Below are positions 35,320-46,500 of a stretch of 64,000 bases of DNA, piece by piece. Origin of the DNA: Rebecca billardiae RCC1528. Its lineage: Eukaryota > Protista > Haptophyta. The stretch is taken from contig OZ251237.1 in the NCBI GenBank assembly GCA_965240325.2, forward strand, positions 124,001 through 188,000, written 5' to 3'. The notes beneath the pieces are model-generated. The model was not told the DNA's origin. It saw only the letters and a program-made list of their open reading frames with translations, and did no database searches. The first letter of the stretch is position 1. Each line of letters opens with the position of its first letter. Both the position numbers and the translations under genes were made by a program.

Positions 35320-36786
35320 TTATTCGCTCGCCGCGTCGTCCACGCTCGGCGCGAGCTGCTGCGGCACCGTCGGCGCGAGCTGGCAGCCCTCCGCGCCGTC
35401 GGGCGGCCCGACGGGCGCGGCGGCGGCCGAGCCCGAGACGGCCGCGTCGACGCACGCGCACACGCACGCGTCGGAGAGCACGTTGGTCACCGTCTCGAGC
35501 CGGTCGAGCAGCCAGTCGACCGCGATCAGGTACGCGAGCGCGGTCGTGACGGGCACGCCCACCACCTCGCACGCGAGCATCACGGTGAGCAGTCCGGACG
35601 AGGGCACGGGCGCCGAGCCGACCGAGAGCGCGCTCGCGATCAGCGCGACGTGCAGCCGGTCGAACGGCGTCATCCACGCAAGCGCGCCGTTGGTGCGCGC
35701 AATGTACAGCACGGCGAAGACGAGCATGATCGTCGAGCCGTCCATGTTGACCGTCGCGCCGAGCGGCAGCACGAAGCGCGCCGTCTGCTCGCGCACGCCC
35801 TGCGCGACCACGCACCGCACGGTGGTGGGCAGCGACGCGACGCTGGAGGAGGTGCCGAGCGCGACGGCGGCGGCCTCGGCCATGCCGCGCAGGAAGGCCC
35901 AGCCGCCGCGCGGCCGCGCGAGCACGCGCACCATCAGCGCGAGCGTCACGCCCGCGTGGAACGCCATCGCGCTCGACATCGCCAGCACCACGCGGCCGAC
36001 GCTGCCCGCGGCCGCGCCGAGGTCGGCGGTGCGCGCCACGCTGCCCGCGACGAGCGAGCACACGCCCACGGGCGCGAGGAGCGAGAGCGCCTGCATCAGC
36101 GCGACGATGCTCTCGCTCGTGCCGTGCGCGAGGGGCAGCAGCGTCGCTGCCGCGCCGCCCGCGCGCCGCGGCGCGCGCCGTATCCCCGCGCCGAGCGCGA
36201 CGGCGGCGCCCACCACCGACAGCAGCTGCCTGTCGACGAGCACGCGCGGCGCGTTGTCCGGCACGAGCTGGCGGAGGAGCGAGGCCACCGCGTCGACCGG
36301 GCGCGGGCTGGCGTGCGCCTGCGCGTCGTGCGCCGCCGCCGGCGCGCCGCCGCGCCCGCCGAACGGCGTGGCGTCGTGCCAGCGGTCGCCGCCCAGCGCG
36401 TCGTACAGCGCGAAGAAGGCGAGGCCCTCCGCGGCGGCCATGGCGGTGGTGAACGCGTAGCACATGGCGGTGCGGCCGGGCACGGCGCTCGAGAGCGGCT
36501 GCTCGCCGTTCATGCTGCACACGATCGAGCAGAAGACGAGCGGCGCGACCATCATCTTGAGCGAGCGGATGAAGAGCTCGCCCGGAAGCATCAGCACCGT
36601 CGCGACGTCGTCGCCCGCGCCCGCCGCGCGCGCGGCCATGCCGACGCCCAGGCCGAGCACCGAGCCCGCAAAGGTGAGCGGCGCGAGGTGCGCACGGACG
36701 GCGTCCGACAGCCGCGAGGGCGCCGTCCGCTCGGCGTGCTCTCCGTGCTCGCCGAGCAGGCGGCCGGGCCGCCCGGCCGCAGCCAT
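35320..36786 (-). CDS. Dicarboxylate/amino acid:cation symporter (SLC1/DAACS family)
   Basis: PGELFIRSLKMMVAPLV, GTSSSVASLP, FVLPLGATVNMDG, DWLLDRLETVTNVLSD. Confidence 0.93.
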   Translation of the reverse strand: MAAAGRPGRLLGEHGEHAERTAPSRLSDAVRAHLAPLTFAGSVLGLGVGMAARAAGAGDDVATVLMLPGELFIRSLKMMVAPLVFCSIVCSMNGEQPLSSAVPGRTAMCYAFTTAMAAAEGLAFFALYDALGGDRWHDATPFGGRGGAPAAAHDAQAHASPRPVDAVASLLRQLVPDNAPRVLVDRQLLSVVGAAVALGAGIRRAPRRAGGAAATLLPLAHGTSESIVALMQALSLLAPVGVCSLVAGSVARTADLGAAAGSVGRVVLAMSSAMAFHAGVTLALMVRVLARPRGGWAFLRGMAEAAAVALGTSSSVASLPTTVRCVVAQGVREQTARFVLPLGATVNMDGSTIMLVFAVLYIARTNGALAWMTPFDRLHVALIASALSVGSAPVPSSGLLTVMLACEVVGVPVTTALAYLIAVDWLLDRLETVTNVLSDACVCACVDAAVSGSAAAAPVGPPDGAEGCQLAPTVPQQLAPSVDDAASE

Positions 36787-37756
36787 TACTACAGCCAAGG
36801 GTGCTACAGCCAGGCCGCGTCAGACTGAGCGAGAGTCTGACGCGGCGTGTGCCGACGCCACCCAACGCGCGGCCGCGGCGTGTGCGCCGCCCACGCGCCG
36901 CGTCCGCGCAGGCGGGCTGATCAAGACCGGCGGTGGCCGTAGACACGGGCCGCGCCGGCCGCCGCACGTTTCGCCTGACGACAACCGTACAGTTTATTTG
37001 TTTTAACGTGGGTAAGGCTCACGGTGGCAGGTTGCAGTACCCGACCGCCATGCCCGGGCGCCTCCCTCGAAGCTCGCTGCCTGTGACGGCCTCCCAGCAC
37101 ACCTCCGCGTGTGGCCCGTGTCACGGGCCACAACCACATCCGGAGAGCACGCCCGATGGCGGGGAGGCCTCTGAGCGGCGACCTGAAGGGGTCGGTTGCC
37201 AGGCGACGGACATTCTGACTGTAGGACGTCAGATTAAACTGCCTCGCCAAGGGTGCTACAGAGGACGTCCGGGCCGGAGGCAGCCATCGCGGCAGGGAGA
37301 TCTCTGCTGGCTGGCGTATGGTAGCGTCCGGGGCGGGCGGTCCGGGACCGGGGCGCCCGCGTCGAGTCCGTGCGTCGAGGTGCGCCGCACCGAGCTAACT
37401 AACACTCCCGAAAGGCACAGCTCGTGCGGGTGAGCTTCTTCGCGCTCACCCGCACGGCGCAGTACACACGGTCATAGCAGCACGTCACAGCGACTGACTC
37501 CAGAGGCTCCCACGTGGAGTGCTGATTTCACTAACCAGCCGCCCACAACAGAGCAGCATCGCAGCGCGCCGCGCCGGCGGCGCCGGGCGGCGGCCGGCGG
37601 GCGCCGGCGGCGCCGCGGCGGGATCGCCGTGGCCGCGTGCGCCGGCGTGCGAAACATCGCCGGCGTCAGCCGTCCAATCCCGCGCGCTTTGTCCAGCACG
37701 CTGGTCATGCTGAACGCTGGTCATGCTGAAGGGCGCACATGCTGAAGGGCGCACAA

Positions 37757-37772
37757 GAAAAATAATGCAAAA
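37757..37772 (-). terminator. Pol III oligo-T terminator of tRNA-His
   Basis: TTTT and TTTTT about 11-26 nt downstream of the tRNA on the minus strand. Confidence 0.65.
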
Positions 37773-37782
37773 GAAGACGTAG

Positions 37783-37854
37783 AGTGCCATCCGCGATTCG
37801 AACGCGGGTTTTGAGAGCCACAATCTCATGTAATACCACCTTTACCAATGGCAC
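37783..37854 (-). tRNA. tRNA-His (GTG)
   Basis: Cloverleaf GTGCCAT-TG-GTAA-AGGTGGTA-TTAC-A-TGAGA-TTGTGGC-TCTCA-AAAC-CCGCG-TTCGAAT-CGCGG-ATGGCAC-T; oligo-T tracts downstream. Confidence 0.92.
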
Positions 37855-38140
37855 TGATCGTATTTGTGAACCTACGCCGTATCTCGGTATTCATAGCAAA
37901 TGCTTAGTACCGTTCCGCTGTTTTGTCACTACTCTTGTCTCCAACTACTTCACTCTGCTGACTCTGTCTCGTCTCTTATTCTTAGTTACAAACTGTAGCA
38001 GCTGTCTCTGAGAGTCTGAGACTGATACTTTGTGTTGCCCTAAGTGACCTCTTCTCGACGTCTTGTATGTGGCCCGCCGAGTTGGGAATTACCGGTAGGC
38101 GGCGGACCGGTAGCTGCTCAGCGGTATCAGAGTGGTCGTA

Positions 38141-39346
38141 TCATGCTCCGCGCGCGACGAGCCTGCCGCGGCCGCCACGCTGCGTCACGACGTCTGTCCG
38201 TGCCGCACGCCTTGCAGCGAGCGCGCGCGCGGCGTCGAGATCGCGCTGGTACTCGTCGGCCGCGCGCGCGTTGACCTCGCCCCACAGCGCCGTGAGCTCC
38301 GCACTCGCCCAGCCCTCCGCCGCGCACGCTGCCGCGCCGCCGCCGCCGCCGCCGCTCCGCCCGCCGCCGCGCCGCCCCCGCGCTTGCAGCCGATGCGACA
38401 CCGTGAGCCAGATGTGCGCGTACAGCGCGACCGAGCGGCGCAGCACAAACTCGTCGGGCGCGCCGCGCGCGAGCACGGCCGGCGCGAGCGCCTGCGCGAA
38501 GAACCGCCCGTCCGCGTACGCCGAGACGAACGCGCCGTTCCACGAGGCGTAGAGATCGACCCAGCGCTCGAGCAGCGGCGGGTGCACGCGCACGCGCGCG
38601 GCCGCGTCCGCGCGCTCGACGGTGGCGGGCGGGGCGAGCGCGCGCGGGCCGGCGCCCGGGCGCGCGCGCGCGAGGACGAGCCCGGCGCGCGCGTTCGCCG
38701 CCCGCCCGCCCAGCGCGTCCGTCGCCACCGCCTCGACGATGTTGAGCGGCAGGCCGAGGTGGCCAAAGTTGGCGCGCACCGCGCGCGCCTCGCGCGCGCT
38801 CGCGAGCTCGTCGAGCGTCACGTCCATCGTGACGGCCTTGACGTGCTCGAACGGGTTGAGCGCGGTCTGCCAGCCAGGGAGCGAGTGCCCCACGCACGCG
38901 CGCACGTGCTCGTGCAGCTCGCGCGTCGCGCTCGTCGTCGGCGCGTCGACGACGCATTTTGTGGCGCGCGAGAGCAGCAGAGTGTAGTGCAGCGCGCTCA
39001 GCACGCGCTCGGGCGCGGGCTCGGCGCGCGGATGGAGCAGGCCGCGGTCGAGGGCCTCGTCGAGAAATCTCGCCGTCGTGGGCGAGCCGCGCTCCACGCT
39101 CTCCGCGAGGTTGCCCACGAACGCCGGCCACGTCGCCTCGCTGTCTTCCAGCTGCAGCAGCGCGCGCATGCACGGCAGCGAAGCCAAGCCGAGGTCGGCC
39201 TGCAGCTCGGCGAGCGCGGCACGCGACGGGGCGGCGCTGCCCGCGGCGGCGGTTGCGCGGAGCAGCGAGTCGCGCACGTGCGCCACGCCGCGAGACGCGC
39301 CCGCGCCGGGGCCCGCGAGGAGGAGGGCGACGAGCGCCGTTTGCAT
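38141..39346 (-). CDS. Hypothetical protein with signal peptide; C-terminal half resembles DUF5692
   Basis: MQTALVALLLAG signal; FEHVK, LNIVEAVATD, ANARAGL and WVDLYASWNGAF motifs, recalled from memory as DUF5692-like. Confidence 0.65.
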   Translation of the reverse strand: MQTALVALLLAGPGAGASRGVAHVRDSLLRATAAAGSAAPSRAALAELQADLGLASLPCMRALLQLEDSEATWPAFVGNLAESVERGSPTTARFLDEALDRGLLHPRAEPAPERVLSALHYTLLLSRATKCVVDAPTTSATRELHEHVRACVGHSLPGWQTALNPFEHVKAVTMDVTLDELASAREARAVRANFGHLGLPLNIVEAVATDALGGRAANARAGLVLARARPGAGPRALAPPATVERADAAARVRVHPPLLERWVDLYASWNGAFVSAYADGRFFAQALAPAVLARGAPDEFVLRRSVALYAHIWLTVSHRLQARGRRGGGRSGGGGGGAAACAAEGWASAELTALWGEVNARAADEYQRDLDAARALAARRAARTDVVTQRGGRGRLVARGA

Positions 39347-39634
39347 GGTCGCGGTCCAAGCGCGCGCGCTGCAAGCGGCTGGCGGGTGAATCAGGGAAAT
39401 CGGGCCGATAATTTGAGGCTTGTAAGTTTGGCGCCAGCGAGCCTGTCCGGGCCTGGGCGCCGGGGGATCGCGCGTGACTAACTGTACCCGGGTACGAGTA
39501 CGCAGTTACGGTCACGTAGATTCGTAGAACAATGCGGACACCGGTTCGACGTTCAAGTCTCACGTCATCGGTCCGGTGGCGGCGGACGGCCGACGGCGGC
39601 GGCGGTTGGTTCGTGCAGCGCGCTCCTTGCCGAA

Positions 39635-40768
39635 ATGCTCTCTCTCGTGCTCGCGGCGCTCGGCGTGGCCACGCCTAAAGAGGCGGCGTGCGCCGGCTCG
39701 ACGCGCACCGTGCGCTTCATCGGCGCGCCGTTCATCGAGGGCCAGAACCTCGACGGCGCGGACCGCGCCCCCGCGGCGATCCGCGAGGCGGGGCTCGCGC
39801 GCGCGGTGCGCGCGCTCGGCCACGCGTTCGAGGACGCGGGCGACCTCGACTTTGAGGCGGCGTACGCGGCGCGCGGGCTGCGCGCGGGCGCGCACGAGAC
39901 GCTCGACCGGTACCGCCAGTGGGTCAAGGGCGGCATGAAGTCCAACTTCGCCGAGTGGTCCGCCGGTGTCGAGGTCGACGACCCGCACGCCGCCGGTCGC
40001 ACGATCAACAACGCGACGCTCGGCGTCGGGCTAAAGGTCGTGCACGACGCGGTGGCGGCGGCGGCGGCGGCGGGCGAGTTCCCGCTGGTGATCGGTGGCG
40101 ACCACTCCGTCGCCGCCGGCTCGATCGCCGCCGCCGCCGCCGCGCACCCCGGCCTCGCTGTGCTGTGGGTCGACGCGCACGCGGACGCCAACACGCCGAC
40201 CAGCTCGCTGAGCGGCAATTTTCACGGCATGCCCGCCGCGTGCCTGCTCGGCTGGTTCGACGCGCTGCCGCCGGGGTTCGACGAGTGGATGCCCGCGGTG
40301 GGCTGCCTCGCCGAGGAGCAGCTCGCGTACATCGGCCTCCGCGACGTCGACCCCGCCGAGCGCGCCGCGCTGCGCAGCTCCAAGGTCGCCGCCTTCTCGA
40401 TGCGCGAGGTCGACCGGCACGGCATCGCGCGCGTGGTCGAGCTGGCGCTGGCCGCGATCGACCCGAAAGGCGAGCGGCCGCTGTGGCTCTCGCTCGACGT
40501 CGACTCGGTCGACCCGCACTTTGCGCCCGGCACCGGCACGATGGCGCGCGGCGGGCTGAGCTACCGGGAGTCGCACTACGTGCTCGAGGAGCTTGCGCTG
40601 AGCGGACGGCTAGTCGGGATGGACCTGGTCGAGGTGAATCCGCAGCTGGAAGAGGAGCACCACGTCCCCGTGATGCACGGGGACGATCCCGACGTGCGCG
40701 CGTCGAGCGCCACCGTGCTGCTCGCCGTCGAGCTCATCCTCTCCGCGCTGGGGAAGAGCATCCTGTAG
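39635..40768 (+). CDS. Arginase (ureohydrolase family)
   Basis: GGDHS, WVDAHAD, SGNFHGMP, IGLRDVD, SLDVDSVDP..PGTGT, GGLSYRE, VEVNP. Confidence 0.96.
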   Translation: MLSLVLAALGVATPKEAACAGSTRTVRFIGAPFIEGQNLDGADRAPAAIREAGLARAVRALGHAFEDAGDLDFEAAYAARGLRAGAHETLDRYRQWVKGGMKSNFAEWSAGVEVDDPHAAGRTINNATLGVGLKVVHDAVAAAAAAGEFPLVIGGDHSVAAGSIAAAAAAHPGLAVLWVDAHADANTPTSSLSGNFHGMPAACLLGWFDALPPGFDEWMPAVGCLAEEQLAYIGLRDVDPAERAALRSSKVAAFSMREVDRHGIARVVELALAAIDPKGERPLWLSLDVDSVDPHFAPGTGTMARGGLSYRESHYVLEELALSGRLVGMDLVEVNPQLEEEHHVPVMHGDDPDVRASSATVLLAVELILSALGKSIL

Positions 40769-41043
40769 GCCTGTAGCGGCCGCCCGCACTCCGCACTCGC
40801 AGGCGACTCGCATTGCCCGATCATCACATTGAATCGTCACTAATCACTATGCCAGCAGTAGTGCGCGTAGTGTAGTACGACTACGACACGCGCTGACAGC
40901 AGTACGGACTGACCTCAGCTATAGCGTACGTATGTACGCGCGACACTGGATGGACCGTGCTCTGGTGAGTCTGCGGTGCTGCTGAGTGCTGACTGCACAC
41001 TCCGTAGTCTCTACTGCCGCCGCCCTGCGCAGTCGTACTCGTG

Positions 41044-42632
41044 GAACTCTCCGCCGCGCTCGCGCCTGCGCGGGCACTGGCAGGCTTGTTCACTCATATA
41101 TATCATCTTGGCCAAGACTGCAGCCTGAAAGATGCGCGAGGACGCGCGTGTGCACGCCTTTCCGTGCGACCGAAGGGTGCACGTGGCACGCACCTTGTCG
41201 TCATCTACGCCGAGGACGATGATAGATGGATCGCAGTCGACCATCTATCATCGTTCAACAATCCTGGTTCACCAATTGACACGGGCGCAAGGCCTGTTTT
41301 ATTTCTAGGAGAGCCCAACGGCGACATTCGCCAAAACGCGGTAAAATGGCGGCTTGCGGCTTGCCCGCTGGTGGTGGGTGCCGGCGCGATTGCGGAGTAG
41401 TGATGGCACGTCGTTGGCGCATGTTCGTACTAGGGCGCTGAGCTGTAGCGAAATGTGTTGCCAAGACATGCTGCTTGCTTCGCCATGACACAGAGGTCAC
41501 TCGCAGCGCACGGCAGTGTGACGATCGCCGCGCCGCGGCGGCAGACCGCAGTAGTTGCGGGCGCGCTGCAAGCTGCAAGCACTATGCCTTGGCTGCGTCG
41601 CGCCCGTGTCAGCTGGTGAACCAGGATCGTTGAACAACAGATGGACTGCAAATGATTCCAGCTCTACTCGGTCTGCCACCACTTCCTTGTCGAGCGTGAG
41701 ATGTTTCCGTTGCGTGCGCTCGCATGCAGCTTGCCGCCTGCATTTGAACGTGGTCACGGCAGGTTGGTGGGCCGGTTGCTTAAGCCTCCTCGGCGTAGAT
41801 GACGACAAGTTGCGTGCCACGCGCACCCATGACGCGCGGAAAGGCGTGCACACGCGTCCTCGCGCATCTAGCAGGCAGTCTTGGACAAGATGATGAGAAC
41901 AAGCCTGCCAGTGCCTCGCCGCGCGGCTGCGAGCGCGCGGAGAGTTCTAGGATCCGACCCATGGTGTTGGGTGTACCTCGTGTGCGACAATGACGAGGCG
42001 GACGAGAGCCGCAACTGGATTCCTGCACTCACCGGTCACCGAGGAGTGCAGGAATCGCGTTCCTCGCGCACGTGGGGGCCGCCATCGGCCGTGAGAGGTA
42101 CACCCAACGGGGCGTGACACCGATTCCCACTGGCGGGCAAGGGTTTGTCGCCGTGACATAGTATCTAAATGGAATCTGGTAGAAATAAAACATCAGGCCG
42201 CAACGCAGCCAAGGCAGAGTGCTTGATGCATAGACTGCAGCGCGCCGGCGCAACTGCGGTTAGTTGCCGCCGCCGCGGCGCGGCCGATCAGTCTTACGGT
42301 CTAGCTTACTCACTTACTGCAGTGCTGCCCTGCGAGTGACCTCTGTGACAGAGTCCGTGTGTGACTGTCACTACTTGAGTATACTACTAGTGAGTACTGA
42401 GTGTGAGTGAGTGTGTCTGACTGGCGAAGCACGCCATAGCCCATATCAGACCATGGCATCATCTTTCAGTACAGCTCAGCGCCCTAGTACGAACATGCGC
42501 CAACGACGTGCCATCACTACTCCGCAATCGCGCCGGTACCCACCACTGTCAGCGCGGGCAAGCCGCCATTTTACCGCGTTTTGGCGGCGAATTCAATGTC
42601 GCCGTTGGGCTCTCGTAGAAAGAAAACAGGCC
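41044..42632. repeat. Repeat of about 420 bp: forward copy 41044-41465 plus inverted pieces at 41598-41948 and 42452-42632
   Basis: Reverse-complement matches such as GTCATCTACGCCGAGG/CCTCGGCGTAGATGAC and CGCCAAAACGCGGTAAAATGGCGG/CCGCCATTTTACCGCGTTTTGGCG. Confidence 0.85.
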
Positions 42633-42682
42633 GGGCGGGCCCGCGGCCTCGAGCGCGCGGCCCCGCTCGGCGCGCCGCCCGC

Positions 42683-43457
42683 TCACCGCCGGCCGCCGGC
42701 CGCGCCCGTGCGCAGCGAGGACGCCTGCATGCCCGGCTCGGCGCTGCTCGACCAGAAGGCCGCGCCGAGCGGCTTGGTGCGCGTGCCGCCGGCCATGCCG
42801 TAGGACGGGCGCTCGGTGGGGGCGACGGCGCGCGGCACGGAGGCGCGCGCCGCGCCGCCGCCCGCCTGCTGCTCGCCGACGACGACGAGCTTGGGCAGCA
42901 CGCGCTTCTCCGGCGGCGGCAGCGCCGGGTTGAGCGCGGCCGGCGGCGAGCGCGCGCGCGGCGCGGGCGCGGCGTTGTTGTCGCGAGAGCGGCGGCGCGC
43001 GCCCGCGCCGACGACGGAGGGACCGGCGGCGGCGGTGACGGAGGCGCGGCGCACTGGCTCGAGAGGCAGCGGGCGGCCGCCCGCGCGCATGTCCCACGCG
43101 AAGAGCTGCTTGCCCGGCGCGCGGTACACGCGCGGCTGCGGCCGGCGGTACGCCGTGCCCGGCGCGCGCACCGCCGCCGCCGCGCGCTGCTGCTGCGCGC
43201 CGCCGCCCCGGCCGTAGTTGATCACTCCGGGCAGCGCGCGCTCGAGCCGCACAATGTCCTCGTCAATGGACATGATCTGCTCCGCCATCTGCTGGTGTGT
43301 GGTGCGCTGCATGTTGTTCACGCGCGCGGCGACGGCCTTGATGCACCCGTCGAAGAGCGCCTGTGCGCGCGCGCGCGAGGGGGGGGGGACGGGGCGCGGA
43401 GGGGCGCGGCACGGAGGGCTCGTGAGCGCGCGCGGCGAGCGGCGCGCGCGCGCCGAG

Positions 43458-43506
<49 letters not shown>

Positions 43507-46500
43507 GTGTGTGCGCGCACCTCGGCGTAGCCCTTGGTGAGGTCGGCGCGCTCCTCGAGCAGCGCGCGCGTCTGCGCCGTGTCCCCCGCCGTCGCGCTCA
43601 GCATCTGCTGCAGCTCGCCCACGTGCCGCTCGATCCGCGAGCGGATGTCGTGCTCGAGCTTCTTCGTGTCGAGCACGCGCTGGTTCACCTCCTCGCGGTC
43701 GGCCTTCTCGACCATCGCGCGGCGGAGCACGGCGATCTGTGCGTGGAGGCGGGCGAGGAGGCCGCCGCGGCCCTCGAAGCTGCCCACCATCTCCTTCAGG
43801 TCCTCGATCTCCTTCTCGTGCGCGGCTGCGGCCGGGCGGCGCGCGCGGCGCCGCGCGCGGCGCGGCGGTGGGCGCGTGAGCGAGCGCGATGCGCGCGCGG
43901 CGCGCGCGCGCGGCGCGTGGGCGCGCGGGTGTCGGCGGGTGCGTGCGGCGCGCGCGGCGGTGGCGCGCACCGAGCTGCTCGACGATCATCTCCTGCATCT
44001 TGGCGTGGCCGGCGAGCGCGTCGCGCAGCGCGCCCGCCTGCGTGCGGTCGAGCGAGAGCGGCGCGCCCGCCGCCGCGCCGCCCGCCGCCGCGCCCTGCGG
44101 CTGCGGCGGCGGGTAAGGAGTCGTGCGCGCCTGCGGCCGCTCGGAGCCCCAGCCCCCGCCGCCCGCGGGCGCGGCGTGCTTGGCCTTCTGCTCGGCCTCG
44201 TCGATCTTGTCGAGCAGCGCCTTCTGCACGTTCTCGACGTGCGCGGCGATCTGCAGCCGCAGCCGGTGCAGCGCGAGCGCGTCCACCTTCACCTTCATCG
44301 CCGAGCGCACCTCCTCCACCGTGTTGCGAAGCATCGCGAGGTCGCGAGACATGTTGCCGGATGCGGCCGCGCCGCCGGCGCCGCCGCCGGTTGTCTGCGG
44401 CCGGCTGAGGAGCTCGGACCAGTCGAGCGGCTGGCCGTCGGGGCCGATGAGGCGGAGTGGCACGCCGCCCGTCGCGCCGGGCGCGGCGGGCCCCGCCGCG
44501 GGCGGCGCCGCCGCGCCCGCGGGCACGGCGCCCGCGGCCTGCTCGGGCGGCGTGCGCGCGCGCGGCGGCGGGCGCATCGGCGACCTGACCGGCCGCGCGG
44601 GCGAGCCTGCCGGCATGGCCACGTCGTCGTCGCGGTCGTCGAGGCGCATCGAGGCGAGGCCGGGCACGGCGAGCGGCCGCTGCGCGGCGGCGGCGGCAGC
44701 GCCGCCGCCGCCGTCTGAGCGCGGCGTGGGCACGGCGCTCGCCACGCCGCTCGTGCTGGCGTCGGCCATTGCAGGTCTGGCGCCCGCGGCGGCGCGCGGC
44801 GACGCGCCGGTGGCGGCGTCGAGCGGCGGGCCGCCGCCCACGCCGGTGGTGGCGAGCTGCGCGCCGCCGCCCACGCCGGTGCTCGCGAGCTGCGCGCCGC
44901 CACCCACGCCCGCGTCCGCGCGCGGCGGCGGCGGCTGCTGCTGCTGCTGCTGCTGCTGCTGCGGCGGCTGCGGCTGCGGCTGCGGCGGCGGGCGCGCGAG
45001 GCTGGCGCCCGCGGCCGCGTCGGCGCGCTGCGCGCCGGCGGGCGAGGTGCCGGCGTGCGCGGAGGCGCGGTGCTGCTGCGGCATGGGCGACGAGCCGACG
45101 GACGAGCGCAGCGGCGCGGGCGACGTGCCCACGCTCGCGCCGCCCGGCCCCATCGCCTCCGTCCCCACGCCCACGCCGGACGCGGCCGCGCCCTCCGTCA
45201 GTCGCACCGAGCCATCCGCCTGTGGCTCGGCGGCGAGATACGGAATCCCGTCGGGCGAGATTTGGACGACGCCCTGCATGGGCGGCGGCGCGGCGGCGAC
45301 GCGGCGCTTCTCGGCGGCGAGCTCGACCGTCGACTCCTGCAGCGCGCGCAGCTCCGCGAGGATCTCCTGCACCTCCGCCTCCTCCGCCTTGGTGCCCACC
45401 AACCCGCGCAGCTGGTCGAGGTCGGACGCGGACGCAATGTTGTACTGCAGCAGCCCGAGCCGGGTCGCCACCTCCTCGACCTCGGCGTGGGAGAGCGCGA
45501 CGGCGTTGGCGAGCTTGGCCTGCAGCGCCTCGATCTCCGCGCGGTGCTCCGCCTCCAGCTTCTCCACCAGCTCCTGCGTCAGCGCCCCCGACTGCCCCGA
45601 CAGCTCGAGCCCCATCTGCTCGAGCCGGGGCCGCAGCTTGGGCTCCGAGAGCTCTTCGAGAACTTCCGAGACGATCTGCTCCTGCACGGCGTGCTGCACG
45701 GACTCGAGCTGGGTGGCGAAGCGCTCGGCGACCGCGCCCGTCGCGGCCTCGATCGACGCCGCCGCCTCCGCGCGCCCCGCCACCTGGCTCTCGCTCAGCT
45801 CGCCCAGCACGCCCGCCAGCTTGTCCATCTCCGCCTTGGCCTCGGCGGCACTCTCTTCGACCGAGCGCTCGACGGCCGCGCGCGCCTCGGCCTCGGACTC
45901 GACGAGGCGGGAGGCCTCGCCGAGGATGCGCGACTCGAGGTCGGCGTGCACGTCGCCCATCGCGCCAGACACCTCCTCCACGCGCGCCAGCCGGTCGCTC
46001 AGCTCCGTCGCGCTGCGCTCGAGCTCCTGTCGCAGATCCTCAGAGACGGCGGCGGCGGCCTCGCGAGCCTCCGCCACCGACGCGGTCACGCCGTCGAGCT
46101 CGTTGCCGATGCCGAGCACGCGCTCGCGCAGCTCGTCGAGGCCGCCCGACGCGCCGCTCGACGCCGCCTCGATCGCGCCCTGCAGCGTGCCCAGCTCCGC
46201 GCGCACCGCGGCGAACTCGGCCGCCTCCTGCTCGGCCGCCGCCTCGGCCGCCTCGCGGAGCGAGCGCACGTCGGCGCGCAGGTCGGAGGCGGCGCGCTCG
46301 TGGTCGGCGGAGGCGGAGGTGAGGAAGTTGACGTGCGCGAAGAGCCGCTCGCGCTCCTTCCGCGCCACCTGCTTCTCGCCCACCTCCGCCGCCAGCTCGA
46401 CCATCTCGGCGAGCAGCTCGGACACCATCGCGTCGGGCGTGACCGACGCGGCGGCGGCGGCGGCGGCGGCGGCGGAGGCGTCCTTCTCGGCGAGGAGCTG

